From Dimorphilus gyrociliatus (taxonomy: Eukaryota > Animalia > Annelida), in contig CAJFCJ010000001.1 in assembly GCA_904063045.1 (NCBI GenBank), positions 1,302,001-1,366,000 of the forward strand: a stretch of 64,000 bases of DNA, read 5' to 3'. Below, one piece after another: positions 35,490 through 49,713 of this stretch. Below the pieces are notes generated by a model. The model did not search any database and was not told the origin of the DNA. It saw nothing but the letters and a program-made list of their open reading frames with translations. The first letter of the stretch is position 1. Each line of letters starts with the position of its first letter. Made by a program: the position numbers and the translations under genes.

Positions 35490-38037
35490 TTTTTAATAAT
35501 TCGAATTTCTGTAAAGCATGCGACTTCAAGGTCAAGGTTTTGATAGATGGCGTAAATGTCGCAAGTTGCAAAAGTATTATTATTACGAGCTTTTAACAGG
35601 AAGTAATAGATAGTGAGTGGCTCCGTCTATGGTTTCGCGCCTAATTTTCGATTATCCGTGAATATTTCTGCCTATATACACACTTTACATTGGCTTTGTA
35701 TCTTCACTGCCATTATGATTCTTTTTTAGGCAACTAATTTCAATGTTTTACACATGTCATTAACTTTGTTAATAATTAATTGAAATAAAGCACAGAGGAA
35801 TAAATAAATGCATCATTTTCCTTTATCGTTTAGATTTATCAGATGAGAATATAAGCTAGTCGCTTAACACAATAACTATACAATAACTATGGGAAGACTA
35901 GGATTGCAATTTTATCTTTGACCAAAGTAGTGCTTCAATCTCCATTCTTCTGAAAAGAGTAGGCGTAATTCCAGGAAAGAAATGACACAAGTCTCGTATT
36001 AAGTAGGAATATGAATAGATTGTAAAAATTAGTCGATTAAGCTGTATTTAAGTCTGCCTGCTTCAACCCGTCCATCTTCGGTGTCTCTTCCATTCGCTCT
36101 CTCTCTCTCTCTTCCTTCTTCCGCTTACAATGAAATGTTTATACTTTTATTAGCTTTTTGTTTCATTAATAAAAAACAGAGAGGAAGGTGAAAAGATGGG
36201 AATGAAGACTGATCTTAAGTGTAAACGAACCCTTTCATTGTGACGAAATAAAGGGAAGAAAAAGCTCTGGTTATAAGGCTTTAAAATTTATCAAAAGATA
36301 TAGAATCATAGGAAAACGATGAGAAAATATATATTAGTCTACGTCTAGGGCAACCATGAGTTAATTGATCGATTAATTTATTAAATATTTGTACGATTAT
36401 TTCGATTAGGCCTTCTTTTAATGTTTAAACAGAAAAAGACGAATTACTTTCGAATAAAAGATGAAAGGAATATGGATTGAAGAGAAGAGAGAATATAGGT
36501 GAAACTAGTCTATGAAAAGGTAAAAGTACTGTAGTGAGTTGTAACGCCATTACATTGTGTATGTCAACATCTGCTGGAAAACTATAGATAAATAGTCCCT
36601 TTAGGCGTAAGAACACGACAGTACTTCGGTATTTCATTCTATCTGATCCCGTCATCCAAGATTATGGGAATCTTAGCCAAACCTTTTAAGTTGGAGAACA
36701 TGATCGCTAAATAGCTACATCCTTACCTATCCTTCTCTTTTTCTTTTTTCTTTTCCATGGTAAAGAAAAGGATATAGGTAGGGTAAAAAATATTCTTTTC
36801 ATTATTATGAGCTTGTACTTAAAAAAAGAGAAGAAACTCGGGTGTATGTTCTCTTTTTACTTGCTCAATAGACGAAGAACAAGGCTACACGAAATAAAAA
36901 ATTTTCTTAATAAAGTAGTCCGAAAAGATTGGTATGCAACAGAATTAGTAAGCGTTTTGGGAAATTGAATAATTAGAAAGTTAAATCCATAGACGTCGTG
37001 CAAAGACTTATATAGATAATTAGACCTTTAATTAATGTTTGAAAATTGCTCCAGTTGTATAAATAATGTATAGTCAAAAAATAGTTTCTCTCTCGTTCGT
37101 TCTATTTCTCTACTATTTCTATATAGACTTACTTTTAACGCCACAATATCATATTTGTCCTCTATATCCTTCGCTATAACCATATATATCGACTGTATTA
37201 GAGAAGATGAACAGAAAAGAGTCTGAGATGAATGTGAAATTTACAGTTTATTTCATCAAAGTTATTAAAAAAGAATGATAAGCTTTCTTTCTTTTTTAAT
37301 CATTATTTAAGATTGACTTAAAGACAAGTGAAGATTCTATTTCCTTAGTTTATTTCATCATCCACGGCAATTCGTGTGAGAGAATCAATTTTATACCGCT
37401 TGACATACGATCTACTCGAAATATTGTTACTTAAAAAGAGAAAACTCCTATTCGTTTACAGTCTTTTACTACTTTTTAACTAATAATTTAAATAGTTTTT
37501 TTTTGTTTTTCTTTTCTTTTCTCTTTTATATAAAACCCTCATAAATTTAAAAATAAACTTTTAGGACGATATTATAGATATTTAGACAATAGAATAGTTT
37601 ATCAACGATTCTTTTTTCTTTTTATAGATTAACTACTAGATATATAAATAAAGACTAAATGAATAATTTTTGTATATAATTTATAAATAGTTTATTACTA
37701 ATTCGTTGTATAATCAGGTTTTTCTGCATGAATTTCGCATTACACACACGTGCGTTTTATACTTGCGTCCATCTTACTTTTATGTACAAGCAGGTGCTCG
37801 CGTTGAAAATTTCGCAACAGTTTGTCTCCTTTATCTTTTGCAAAAAGAGCATCAGCGAAGAGAAAAAAAGGAACAGATGAAAGAAAAGAAAGCAGATTCT
37901 AGAAGAGAAAAGAGGAGGCTCATTTTCTGTACTTTTTTTGTGCCATTAAAAAAAAGACCGAGTGAATATTTTACAAGAGAAACCGGGTTGTTTTTTTTTT
38001 GCTTCTTTGCTTCTTTTTTTTTAATAAGAGATTAAAA

Positions 38038-41000
38038 TCAATCATCCCAAGGAGCAACGACATTCGGTACTGCAATGGTTTCAACGCCGCAAGAATCGTT
38101 AGCCTGGTTTGAATTTACAATCGGTCCCCGACTGTTCTTAGGTACAGAAAGTTTTTGTTCTTTGGGTGAGACGAGATCGTCAAGCTTCTGTTTGAGAGAT
38201 TTGGCAGAGAACTTTCTTCTAATTTCTTTTTCGTCTTTCAAGTCAGTGCTAGACCTATTTGGAGAAGAAAGAGGTTATTATCATAATCTAATTTTTTCAA
38301 TTGAAAGGAACCGGTAATGCCTAGCATTCCAAAAAATTTGACCGGTTACTTTTTTAGGGTAAACCTTAAGTGACAGTCTTTTATCGATTACACGTTCTAA
38401 ATATCGTATTATTTGTCATATATTCTGAGAGAAATTGGTTACGATTTAATTAACGATCTTATATATAGATATTGATAACAGATTGAAACGATAAGAAACT
38501 TGTTGGAAAAAATTCCGTTATACTGCTCTAGCTATATGTATCTATATACAGTATATACAGTATATATATAAATTTATATATATATATGTATTCCATAGGA
38601 TTTGTAACTGTAATGAAAAGAGCCGCAAAACGATACGGCTAGGGGAAAGGAAAAGAAAAAACGAAATAGGAAGAAAGAAAGAATAAATGAAAGAAAGAGA
38701 TATATAAACAGAAAAGGCATATATTTCTTTATACAATTAACAGTATGTAAAAGTATATTTGCAGTATATATGTTCGTGTATCTGTCTGTGGGGGGAAGGG
38801 GGAGGGGGGAGGTTGGAAAAAAAGACAGCTAATGCATATATTTATTATTTACCCGTTTGGTGAACTTTTAGTAGATCTGTCGTCTAGTTCTCTTAGATTT
38901 CCGGTTGAAAAAGAATGTTGAGAAAGTCCACCGTTTCCGGCTTTTCCTTCTAAACCTGTTGCGCTTCCCCTTCTTTTGGCGCTTGGACTCAAATTGGGTG
39001 TTTTTTGTTTCTTATTAGCCGCAGTCACAGTTGACACGAAGGAGAAGAATCTTAGATTAGATTCAATATATTATTAATACTTGGCAAAGTCAGTAAATTA
39101 AGTACTCACTTCTTCCTACTACTAGGACAAACTGCATTGGCCAAAAGTGTTTGATAATCGTCACCCCTGATAAACCTTACGTAGCTGTCTTTCTTCATGA
39201 GCAAGTAGATATGTTCCTGAGCCTCGCGAAATGTAAATCGATCAGCCTTCTTTAGAGCCTGCCTTGTGTTCTCCATAGTTCTTCCGTCAATATTTACTTC
39301 GGACGATGCGTGCTTCGCCAGAAATTCATAAAAGATTTCCTCTCCCCTCTTTTCCACCTTGGATAATGGTAAAAACCTCAATTTTTCGCATTCTTTCCAA
39401 AAACGTATATTCTCTGAACTATATTCCTTCTTTAAATAGTTTTCAAATTCTTGAATACCAGCGGGATCTCGCAATAATTCATCGAAACTGAAAGCCCATC
39501 TCTTCATCCTCTTCTCCGTATAGACTGCAGCATTTGGATCGTCAATATTCCATAATGTAGAGTCATCGCTAATCCAAGGATTCGATGGTTGAGGACTAGT
39601 TAGAAATGGATCATGCTCAGCGTATTGGTGACAATGGTGTTGAAGTGATTCGAACGAATGCGAACACTTAGCCCGACTTCGGTCGATTGACTTTAAAAGG
39701 AAAGCGATCTAAAAATGTAAAGAGAGAGAAAAAAAGATACTGATATAGAAAAATGACAACGGGAAGAAATATTAGAACGTAATTAATCTTTTAATAGTTT
39801 CTAACGTCATTCATTCTCATTCTTTTTTTTTTATGTTGTGTTTATTTCATTGCTTTTTTTTCGACTACAGAATCGTCACAGAAAATCGATCATTAGAAAA
39901 TTCGTAAACATAGCATAACAAGTAATTCATAAATTATTTAACTAACCTCCCTTTGCAGGAAGTCTGCAGATTTACGCTTCGGACGAGTGGCCGCCAATTT
40001 TTTCTTATCCTCCTCGAAGGCGTTTAATTGAGATGGCTGGTATGCGTAAATGGAATGGGGGAAAAGAATTTGTTGACATTAAAAAACATATGGAAATGAA
40101 AGAAAAGTAATGGAATAGTTCATCAGAATAAACGCCATTTTTGCTCGAAGGCTTGCAGGAAATACGCGCTTCCTAGTTGCCTTTCTTCCATGCATGCAGT
40201 ATAAGCCTATAAAAAGCCTCGATGTTCTCTTTTAGGTTTGTTATTTACAGTAGCTCTTGGTTGGCTTATGAAATGTTACGTTAAGCCTCAGGACTGGTTT
40301 GAAAGTCTAATTTATTTACGTCGTAAGTAAAATGTTATGCTTTAAACGAATTTCTAAGGCCCCGGGATTTAATTTAGAATCGGCAGGCCGAATCCATCAT
40401 TCTCTCTGTCTAACAGACGAATGTAAGCGTCGTCCCTCTTATTTCATGGTTCATTTCAAATTAATCTATATAAAAAAAATGTACACGCAAGTTGTCTAAA
40501 ATTTATAATTAACCCTTCATTTATCAATACGATTATAATTATGTTGCAACTCTTGTAGGCATACATAATTTTCATTCTCCCCCTCCCCCCCTATTAGGGA
40601 AAAAGTCGACGGAATATAATCTTTTTCTTTACCTATACCATTCGAAGGGCCTAATTAGTGAAGCTATAAAATAGATACTACTGCAACAAAGTAAAGACAA
40701 AGAAAAGAGGAAAGGAAGGGTGATTTTGGGAGGAAAGATAGATGGCTAGATAGAGAGATAGATAGATAGATTATAAATATATATATATATATAGAAGGAG
40801 AAAGAGAGACACAGAAAAAGAAAGAGGGAAGGAAGGAGAGAGGGAGGGTAGAGTGAGAGCGACGCCGGATATCTATAAATATATTCTATTCTATTCTTTT
40901 CTCGATTCTATTTTTTTTTTTTTGAGTATTGATTGAATAACAATCCGGCTAAAAAAAAACAAATTACACGTATCGACTATTCTATTAAATATAGTTGAAA

Positions 41001-41189
41001 CAAAAATTTCTATTTAATCAGTTATGCAAAAGAAATAGGTGTAAGTAAATAGTATACTAAAAATGGAATATATACAGTATATCGTTCAAACTGAAATTAA
41101 TTAATAAGCGCTAGATGTTTTCACTATATAATGACGTATACTACTCCTATTCCACTTTTATCGACTAGCTGTAAGCCTATATATACTTG

Positions 41190-41231
<42 letters not shown>

Positions 41232-43597
41232 ATCTCTCTCTATTTCTTTCATTCATTCTTTCTTTCATTCTTTTGCCTCTCCATTATAATGAAATTAATA
41301 AAAGAGAACAAAAAAGAGGTAAAAAAAAATTAAAGGGAAAACACTTACGCCTGGTTTCCTGACCCTCCAAAAAGCTCGTTCTTGGCTATCCCTCACGACT
41401 TTATCAGCCTTTTTACATTCCTTTAACAATCTTTGAAAATAGAGAAGAAAAATAAGGTAAGTTAAAAAAGAAGGATGTTATATACTGTACTATACTATAT
41501 ATAATCATATATTATATAAATCATATGCTATGTTGATAAGGAGGAATAGAAATGATTAAATGAACGAAGAGAAATGAAGAAAAGAAAAGAAAAGAAAAGA
41601 GAAGAAAAGAGAAGAAAAAGAAAAGAAGAAAAAAAAGATAGTATAGGAAGGTGCTTTAGTTTAATATTTTCATTAATTGGTAGGAACAGAAGAAATTATT
41701 CATCTTACTTAACTTGCTCCTCGGCTTGCATGCGTATAAAATCCCATTTGTCGCACAATGTCTTTTGAAGTCTAGCGTGCTCGATCTGAGTCACGAAACA
41801 GCTTTTTATTATTATAACTATTATTGTAACTATTATTATTACTGTTATTATTATTTCTAATTATTATTTTTTTCATTTGTGTAACTATGAACATTAGAAG
41901 GAAAAAAAAACATAAAAATGTTAAATTAATACATGTATATTAATATCGTCATGTTCTCATTTTCGTATATATCTTTTCTATATAATTTAGATTGTCTCTG
42001 TATATTTGGTCAATAGTCAATTTCAAAGAGAATTAATTAAGAGTATAGTATGTACGCAATGAAAGTGCATGCAATATAAACACAACTGTAAATCTTATCG
42101 GCTTAAACAGTCTTTTGTGTTTGTTTTTTTGTTTGTTTTTTTCCTTCCATATCCTTTAAAATAACATTTAAATTAGAGGATTATAGAGATTTCTTTTAGG
42201 AATCATTATTAAAACAAAAAGAGATGTAAATAAAAGGAAAGTTTTAAGAGTTTAGTTTTAAAAAGAAATATGAAAATATTTACCAATTCGAAGTCTTCTA
42301 AGCCGTGCTTCTGCTTGTTGCGCATCATGCGTTTAGTCAAGTAGATTGCTTTGGAAAGAGAGAGAAAAAAAAGAAAAAGAGTAACAAGCTACCTTTCATA
42401 TGGAAATCTATGATGATTGAATACCGTAATAGACGTCGTCAGGTTTACTATTATAGGATGGCCAGAAGGCGGGAGTCTGAGTTTAAAAATAGAATGAAAA
42501 AGAGGAACAATAAGGTTTATAAATTCATTAATATTTAAACAAAATCCGTCTCAACTTACTTGGAATCTGTAAAGAGATCCGTCGTCCCTAACCTGCAATG
42601 ATTTTGTATCCGTAACCGGGAATAGATAACCGTATTGGCATAGTAAGGACGCCAAATGCATAGCTTCGGCTGAATCTTCGATATTTAACTTTTCGCATAG
42701 CCATTCGACAACGTCATAACCTACGAAAGAAAAAATCTCCTTTAATTTATAACGAGTTAAAAGGTTAATGGAGAACCGGAAAAAAGGGCTAAACGGTCGC
42801 TCCCGTAAAAGTAATTTGCCTTTTGGTTTGTAGAAGTAAAAGAGAAAAGAGGAGAAAGAAATCCAAAGATAATATAAACGGTTATATGGGTATAAAAAAC
42901 TGAAGATAAACAAAAAACAAACTGGCTGTTGTATAATAATCGATATAGCTACTGCTGACGTCACGAATCGACCAAAGGCGAACAACATGACCAGTATATA
43001 CATATATATATATATATATATACATATGCATATGTAGTAATTTCGGGGCAAATAGCCCGAATCGAGTAATTACGCTCGATTTAGAAAAGACGAAACGAAT
43101 GCTTATCTAATAAAAAATAAAATTAGCAAACCTGTAAAGGCGCATGGAATTGTCGTTAGGAAGATCTTCTGGCATCTCACAGGTACTCCCGTGTTGTCTT
43201 GTTGCATCCATTCCACTATTTCGCTCATCTGTATTTTTTTATTAATAATAGACCTATTAGATATAGAAGAAGAACAAGCGATTATCCGTTAGATTTGAGT
43301 TTTTTTGTTTGAATAATAGGAAACTATTTTAAGCGTCGAATACAAATGCATTTTTAACGAAAGAGAGAAAAAGAGCGAAAAGATGGACAAATCATTATTA
43401 TTTTTTTAATAAAAGAAAAATATATATAGGATTATAGGGTTTACGTAGTCTACTTAATGTCCTATGTACACGCTTAATTGCTTGGTATTATTTAACCTGG
43501 TAATAATTAATGTGCTGTGCTGGACTTATCCTTAAGACCTTGAAACGGAAAATATAGCTTTAAAATCAATAATTCCCTTAAGGTATATGCAGCACTG

Positions 43598-43655
<58 letters not shown>

Positions 43656-45621
43656 CAAACATACAAACCAACACAAACACATTCATATTTATTTATTTAT
43701 TTATTATATTTCTATATATCTAAAGCTCGTTAGCATGAAATTCCCTTTGGCGGCTAACCTAAAGTTCATTGTAACAGTAGAATCTTGATAATAGTGTAAA
43801 TTGCTAATTAAGATAAACAAATATGTTCTTTTATATTTTTAATATATAATAATTAAAAAGAGAAATAGAATAGAAAATGTAAAAAAAAAAAAAATTGGAA
43901 GAAAAAACAATTTAAAGTTTTTTTCAACGGAAAATAAAAAGTATTTTCTTTTTTTTTATTAAAAACAAAAAAAGTCAATGATTTTATTTTAGTGGAAAAA
44001 CTTACAACCAAAAAAAAAAAGAAACAAAATGAAAGAAAAAGTTTGGAAAAGGGGAAAAAAAAACTTTTATTCCATCTGGATAAAATAAACAAAGGGAAAA
44101 AAATTGATTTATATGAAAAAGGTTCAATTTGATGAGGGATGTATTTTGTTTGTTCTAAATGAAAATCATATTGAAGACTATGTATAAATATATAACACAT
44201 TCGAGTATATTATATATACAGTATATATATATACAGTATATATATAAAATAAACAGTCATTACCATTATACTATATATTTTCCATAAATGCGTCTATTAT
44301 AACCTTTTTCTACGAAATTTTAATATAATTGTAGTATTTTAACAATAAGCCTTATATTGCATATAAATAAAGCAATTAAAAACATGATACGATAGCTTCG
44401 GATTATTCTTAATTCATGTTTAATATAAATTTTTGTTTTTATTTTTTCTTTTCGCTCCTACTTTATACATTTTCTCTCTCTCTCTCTCTCTCTCGTTCCA
44501 GACGTATAATGTAGAATATATCTCCTTCAATAGGCCTATACGAATAATCTAATAAGCTAAATTACACTTTTCTCACTTTAAAGAAAACATTAATGCTATT
44601 TTTCGAGATTTTGAAAGCTTTATACCTCGGATAGAGCATTTTTTTTTATATTATCAAGAATACAATCTTAATTAACAAATTCACTTTACCACACTTCATG
44701 AATTCTTAATATGGAAAAAAAAAGGGAGAGAGAGAGAGAGAGAGAAAAAGATAAATTGAAGGAAAAGAAACAACGTGTCTGCTTTTTTTCAAATTAGTTA
44801 ACTAATTAACTATCTAAGATAATTGTAAGAAATAATGGCAGATTGTTGATAGGATTGAGAATTGTCAAACAGTTGTAGAATTTTTACGAAATTCATCAAA
44901 GCAGTAACGAAGTACTCACTCAACCGTGAAATTAACAGTAATGTTTAGTAAAAAAAAAAGTGCAGTGGACATATTTTTATGTATCTACTTAGTTTCTGAT
45001 ATATTCTTTCTTATGTAATGCTTATAATGTTTGTCTATATATTATTTATATTTTTCAAGGTTATTTCCTGGAGCGGTTTATTGTTTTATAATACTGTACA
45101 AATCTTTATCTGTCTATCTATTCTTCATTATTATTATTATCGTCATTTTTTTTGTTCTTTTTCTTCTTTGTCTTCATCTTATCGCAGTCAATCTTTCTCT
45201 CTCTCTCTTTTCCTAATTAACTTATTTAAACTTCTAAAAATGAAAACTGACACAAAATTTAATTAGATTAAAATTTTATGAATAATGAATAGAAATTTAT
45301 TAGCTCATTTTTTCTCAGTATTATATATATATTGTTTTATATATTTAATAATAAATAGTTAAGTAAACGTTCCTTAAAATAGAAGTAATTGCTTTATTGA
45401 TTGTTTTTAATCGATAAGAATGGGGAAGGGAACAAGTTTTTAAAAAATCGTTCGGGCTGAGAGCTTATTATAAAAACTTATCTGACAGAGTGAGATAGAG
45501 AGAGAGCGGGAAGAGGAGAGGAGAAGGCGAAGAGAGGAGAGAAGAGAGGGAAGCGAGGGAAGGAGGAGAGAGAAAAACAGAAAGACGAAGAGAGATAGAT
45601 AGATAGATAGATAGATAGATG

Positions 45622-45668
<47 letters not shown>

Positions 45669-47350
45669 TCTGAGAGATTGAGAAAGTTAAAGAAGGAGAA
45701 AATATGGAATATTATTATTTTCTATATTTTATTACTTAAAGAAATCGTAACAAATTCAATCAAGAGAAAATGCCTATTAAGAGGCTGGTGAGAAATTAAA
45801 GAAAGAAAATATAAATTGTCAGTTTTGGTTAGTAATTTCATAAATATAAAACACTAAAAAGATGTGGCTTCTTAAGCTATTAAGTCTCTGAAGAATTCCC
45901 TTTGGTTTGAAGCATTTGCATTTGAATCCTTTAAAAGCTAAGCCGAAGCCTCTAATATAAACTACATATCATAAGGAAAAATATAAAAGTAATAATAAAA
46001 ATAATAATAATAAAACGTCCTTCTTAAAGTATTATACGTTACAACGCTTTTACTGTCAATAGATCATAAATTACAGATGTCTATACATATATGTTATTAT
46101 TCAGTATACTATATTCAAACAGTAAATTATCAAACAAATATAACATGTAAACCTCATGATTATCATTTAGTTGGGAAAAAAATCTGTAAAAAGTAGGCCT
46201 TATCACCCCCAAAAACCGGAAGTTGCATGAGAGAATATAATTTTTTTTTATAGAAAATTACTACGTGGTAAAAACTATTTTACAGTAATTTATTAATTAA
46301 TTCTTTAAAATACTCTTGAAAAACCGCTTGTATCTACTTAGGAATAGAAAAAAGGCAATGTTGAAATTATACAAGAGAGAGAGAGAGAGAGTGAGAGAGG
46401 GAAAGAGTTTTTAGGAAGAAAAATGAAAATAAATAAAGAAAAAATTTTGGGCCCTTTAAAAAAATTGTCCTAAATTGGGTAATTCCTCATCTAGAATCGA
46501 TAATCTCTGTATCATAGAATATTTTCTTTCTTGTTTTTTTTTTTGTTTTTTACAAAGGAAACTAATTATTTATCAGGAAAGCGTCTAAAAACAAAATTTG
46601 GAAAGGCTAAATTAACAAATAAAGAACGTCCGTTAATTAATTAAAAGAAAGAAAGAAAGAAAAGACTGGTAAGATGAAGAAGAAGAAGAAGAAGAGGAGG
46701 AGGAGGAGGTGGAGTAGGAGGAAGAAAACTATTAATAAAAATATATATATATATAAATATAAATTTATAAATATTAAGAAGACTATAAAGAGTATTACAC
46801 AATCAATTGCTTCTCAACGTAGCTGCCATTATTTTTACTTAGTTTAATTAATACTAACAATCAAGTTCTCACACTGGAAAAGGTAGAATAATGTCTTTAA
46901 ACGGAAGAGGTAAAAAAAAATTGAAGCAATTTAGTATCGAGTTGAAAAAAAAACTCTAATAGTTTAGTATACAATATGAAGGATAAATGGAAAATGTTGT
47001 ACAATTGATCGAAATCCATTAATACAGTTTCTCTTACATAGACTTATATTTTGGAGGAGATAAAACATCAACTGAATATCTTTCCTTTAAGTCGAGATAC
47101 TCACTCAGAGCGAAATCAATAACAATTACTTTAAATTATTTTACCAGCTATTTCTATTAAACTACAACAACACAAGAAGCGACAAATTCAATAAGATATG
47201 GCGTCTTGCTTAAAAAATTCTTTTCCATGATTCATAATTGAACCAAAATCGATAGGCCTAGCTAATTGACAAACAACCGTCTATATTCCTTACCCTACTC
47301 AGCGCTGATCGTCTATAAGCGTCTTGCAAATCCATATCAATCCTAGTCAT
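38038..47350 (-). CDS. R7-family regulator of G-protein signalling (DEP-DHEX-GGL-RGS)
   Basis: DEP: QKIFLTTIPCAFTGYDVVEW..LCQYGYLFPV. DHEX: VRDSQERAFW. GGL: HDPFLTSPQPSNPWISDD. RGS: RWAFSFDELLRDPAG..EYSSENIRFW. First coding exon 47350-47294 (MTRIDMDLQDAYRRSALSR|gtaagg) is inferred. RGS6/7 versus RGS9/11 branch not resolved. Confidence 0.9.
41193..41228. repeat. (TC)18 microsatellite in RGS intron
   Basis: Direct reading. Confidence 0.9.
43598..43651. repeat. Compound (CA)n(TA)n microsatellite in RGS intron 1
   Basis: Direct reading. Confidence 0.9.
45487..45665. repeat. Purine-rich tract with (GATA)n and (GA)n arrays
   Basis: About 180 nt dominated by G/A on the + strand. Confidence 0.85.
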
Positions 47351-49713
47351 TTTCGCTTGAGATCATCATAATTATTAGCAGGGATTATGTCAAGGTATCT
47401 CAGAGATGAAAAAAATTTTCTTCTCTCCTCAGTCCCGTCGCGTTCGGCGGTCTGCTACGAGACTGAAACGATACAGGTGCCCATGAATAATTCAAATTTA
47501 TGCAAATAATCCTGTGACGTCACTATTATAGAATAGGCTGGATGTCTTTCTCTTTTTTCAACACTCTTCTCTCAATTAATTATTTATGAACTATTTATTT
47601 AACGCTGGTTGTTTAGATACTATCGACCTTTCCAATGAAAACCGATCGTAGATAATAGATAAGAAGATTATTTAAGACATTGATTTTATTCGAGCGTCTA
47701 ATATTCAGAACGCTGATTGGTTGTTTAGGGTGCAAGCAATCCGTTGTAGGCGTTTCTATGGTGACATACGCCGTCTAGGCCTTTACATTTGCAAAGTTAT
47801 TCAGTGCATTCCAGTTATTCAATATTTTAGCAATCGGTTAATTATAAATAAATATTAATTGACCAGGTTAAGCAATCAAATATTATTAAGCAACAGTTCA
47901 CAATAAACTTTTAACGTAAAAACGAAAATTTTCCAACTCATAAATATTCATTTTAATATAAAATTCTTCTGTTAAAGAACTTCTTCAATGGCCCATTTAG
48001 TAAAACAAAATAATAAAACTAGTAATGCAGAATAGTGAAAGCAGCTTTCCACTCCTCTCCTATCCACTGAATCAATAAGCTATTAATTCAAAACAAATGA
48101 ACACTTTATTTCAAAAGAAATTATCAATATTATTGTTTTGCAGTTATTTCCAAAATAATTTATTTTCAATGAATCTTATTAGTAATTAAATAATAGTAAA
48201 CAAGAAAAAAAAAAAAGTGTTTATCAGTGGAATGGAACGGTCTAGATCTATGTCATATTTTTCTCCTTATCAACTGCAATTGAATTAGTTTGATATACAA
48301 TCTACATAACGCTTAGGATGCCATTTATATTACATTCCTTTTTTCTAATTGGTTTAAAGAAATTGTATTATTTAATAGAAAACGTTTGGTATTCTTTTTT
48401 AATTTGACATACTAATTTCACTACTCCCAAACCAAACTAATATTTCTTCCTAATACGTTACATAATGCGTATATATGACCTTTTATCGTGATAATTAGGA
48501 TTAAAAAAATTTTAATAGACATTCCCTTCCTTTAGATGTAAGTTATTAACAATCTAATAAAAACATGTATATGCTCAATTCTATTAGCGAATACGTTTTT
48601 ACGTTCATTTACGTTTTGTCTACAAAAACAATTCTCGTCGACGATATTCTAAACAAATGAGTCGGAAAAATAACGGATCTCGTAGAAATATTGGGCTTGA
48701 TAGTCGGGAATACTTGTTTTTCAAATACGAATAGAGAAAGTGATTGATAATAATAAGCTAAAGCCAACTTTGTACTATACGTGCTGGGCATTTTTTTTCT
48801 TCGGGAAGCCGCCCGTTCTATGTCCGTGTACTGATTTTTGTCTTCTAATTACCGGTTTTTTAAGGTATCCCGACTACCTAGTAAAAATAATAATAATAAT
48901 AATAAAATTCGTTATTCATAGGTGGCGCTCCGGGAGAACGTTCTTTTATTCTAAGTAAAATCTTCATTACCTTGAAAAATTCATTAATTATTTACATTGT
49001 CATTATGTAAACTGGTAAGGAATTCTACTCGAAATATGTATGTACATTTCCACTCATTTAATATTTACGATTTCCCATACATTTCTCCAGGCTAGTTTGT
49101 TGTTTCAGTTAATTCATTTGCGGTTTATTATTAAGTAACAAAATGTCAACGAACCTAGTTATAAAAAAAAAGCAAAACTTATTTTTTTCACTAGTTAATT
49201 CACAAAGATATCATTTTGCAATAAAATAAACACATGTGCAACCGTTTTCATTAGTTAGGTCGATTTTCAAAATATATAAAGCCTATCAAAGCCAATTTTT
49301 CTGTCCATTTTCCATATGACTTTTTTTCGTTCTGTTGATCGTACTGCTTCCTTTCGCATTTTATTTATAGACAAAATTACAAACTAGCCCTATCTTTTAT
49401 CAAAGCTATTAATTTTCTTCTTTTTATATCCCCTCTCACCCATTTATTTTGTATAAAAATATTACGTAATTGAGTATTTCATTTTGTTCGTTTTGTTTTC
49501 ACTGTATCAACTTATTAAACATGTATACTTATTCATATACATATATAAAAAAGTACTTCAAAAAAATTTTTAGATGTCGCGATAATCGCCCTATCGAATA
49601 CTGTTCGGTCGAATAGGAATATAGTCCACGTTCGCTGTTCAGTATTTTTGGATTTTTTCTCGTTTATTGAAAATTAATTGACTTGAAATCTAATATCTTT
49701 AATAATTAAGATA

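Noticed and set aside
43853-44200. Phe-rich ORFs in introns (43853..44200, 45018..45266, 15104..15343, 41574..41768 and others)
   Set aside because: They arise from poly-A/T and microsatellite sequence.
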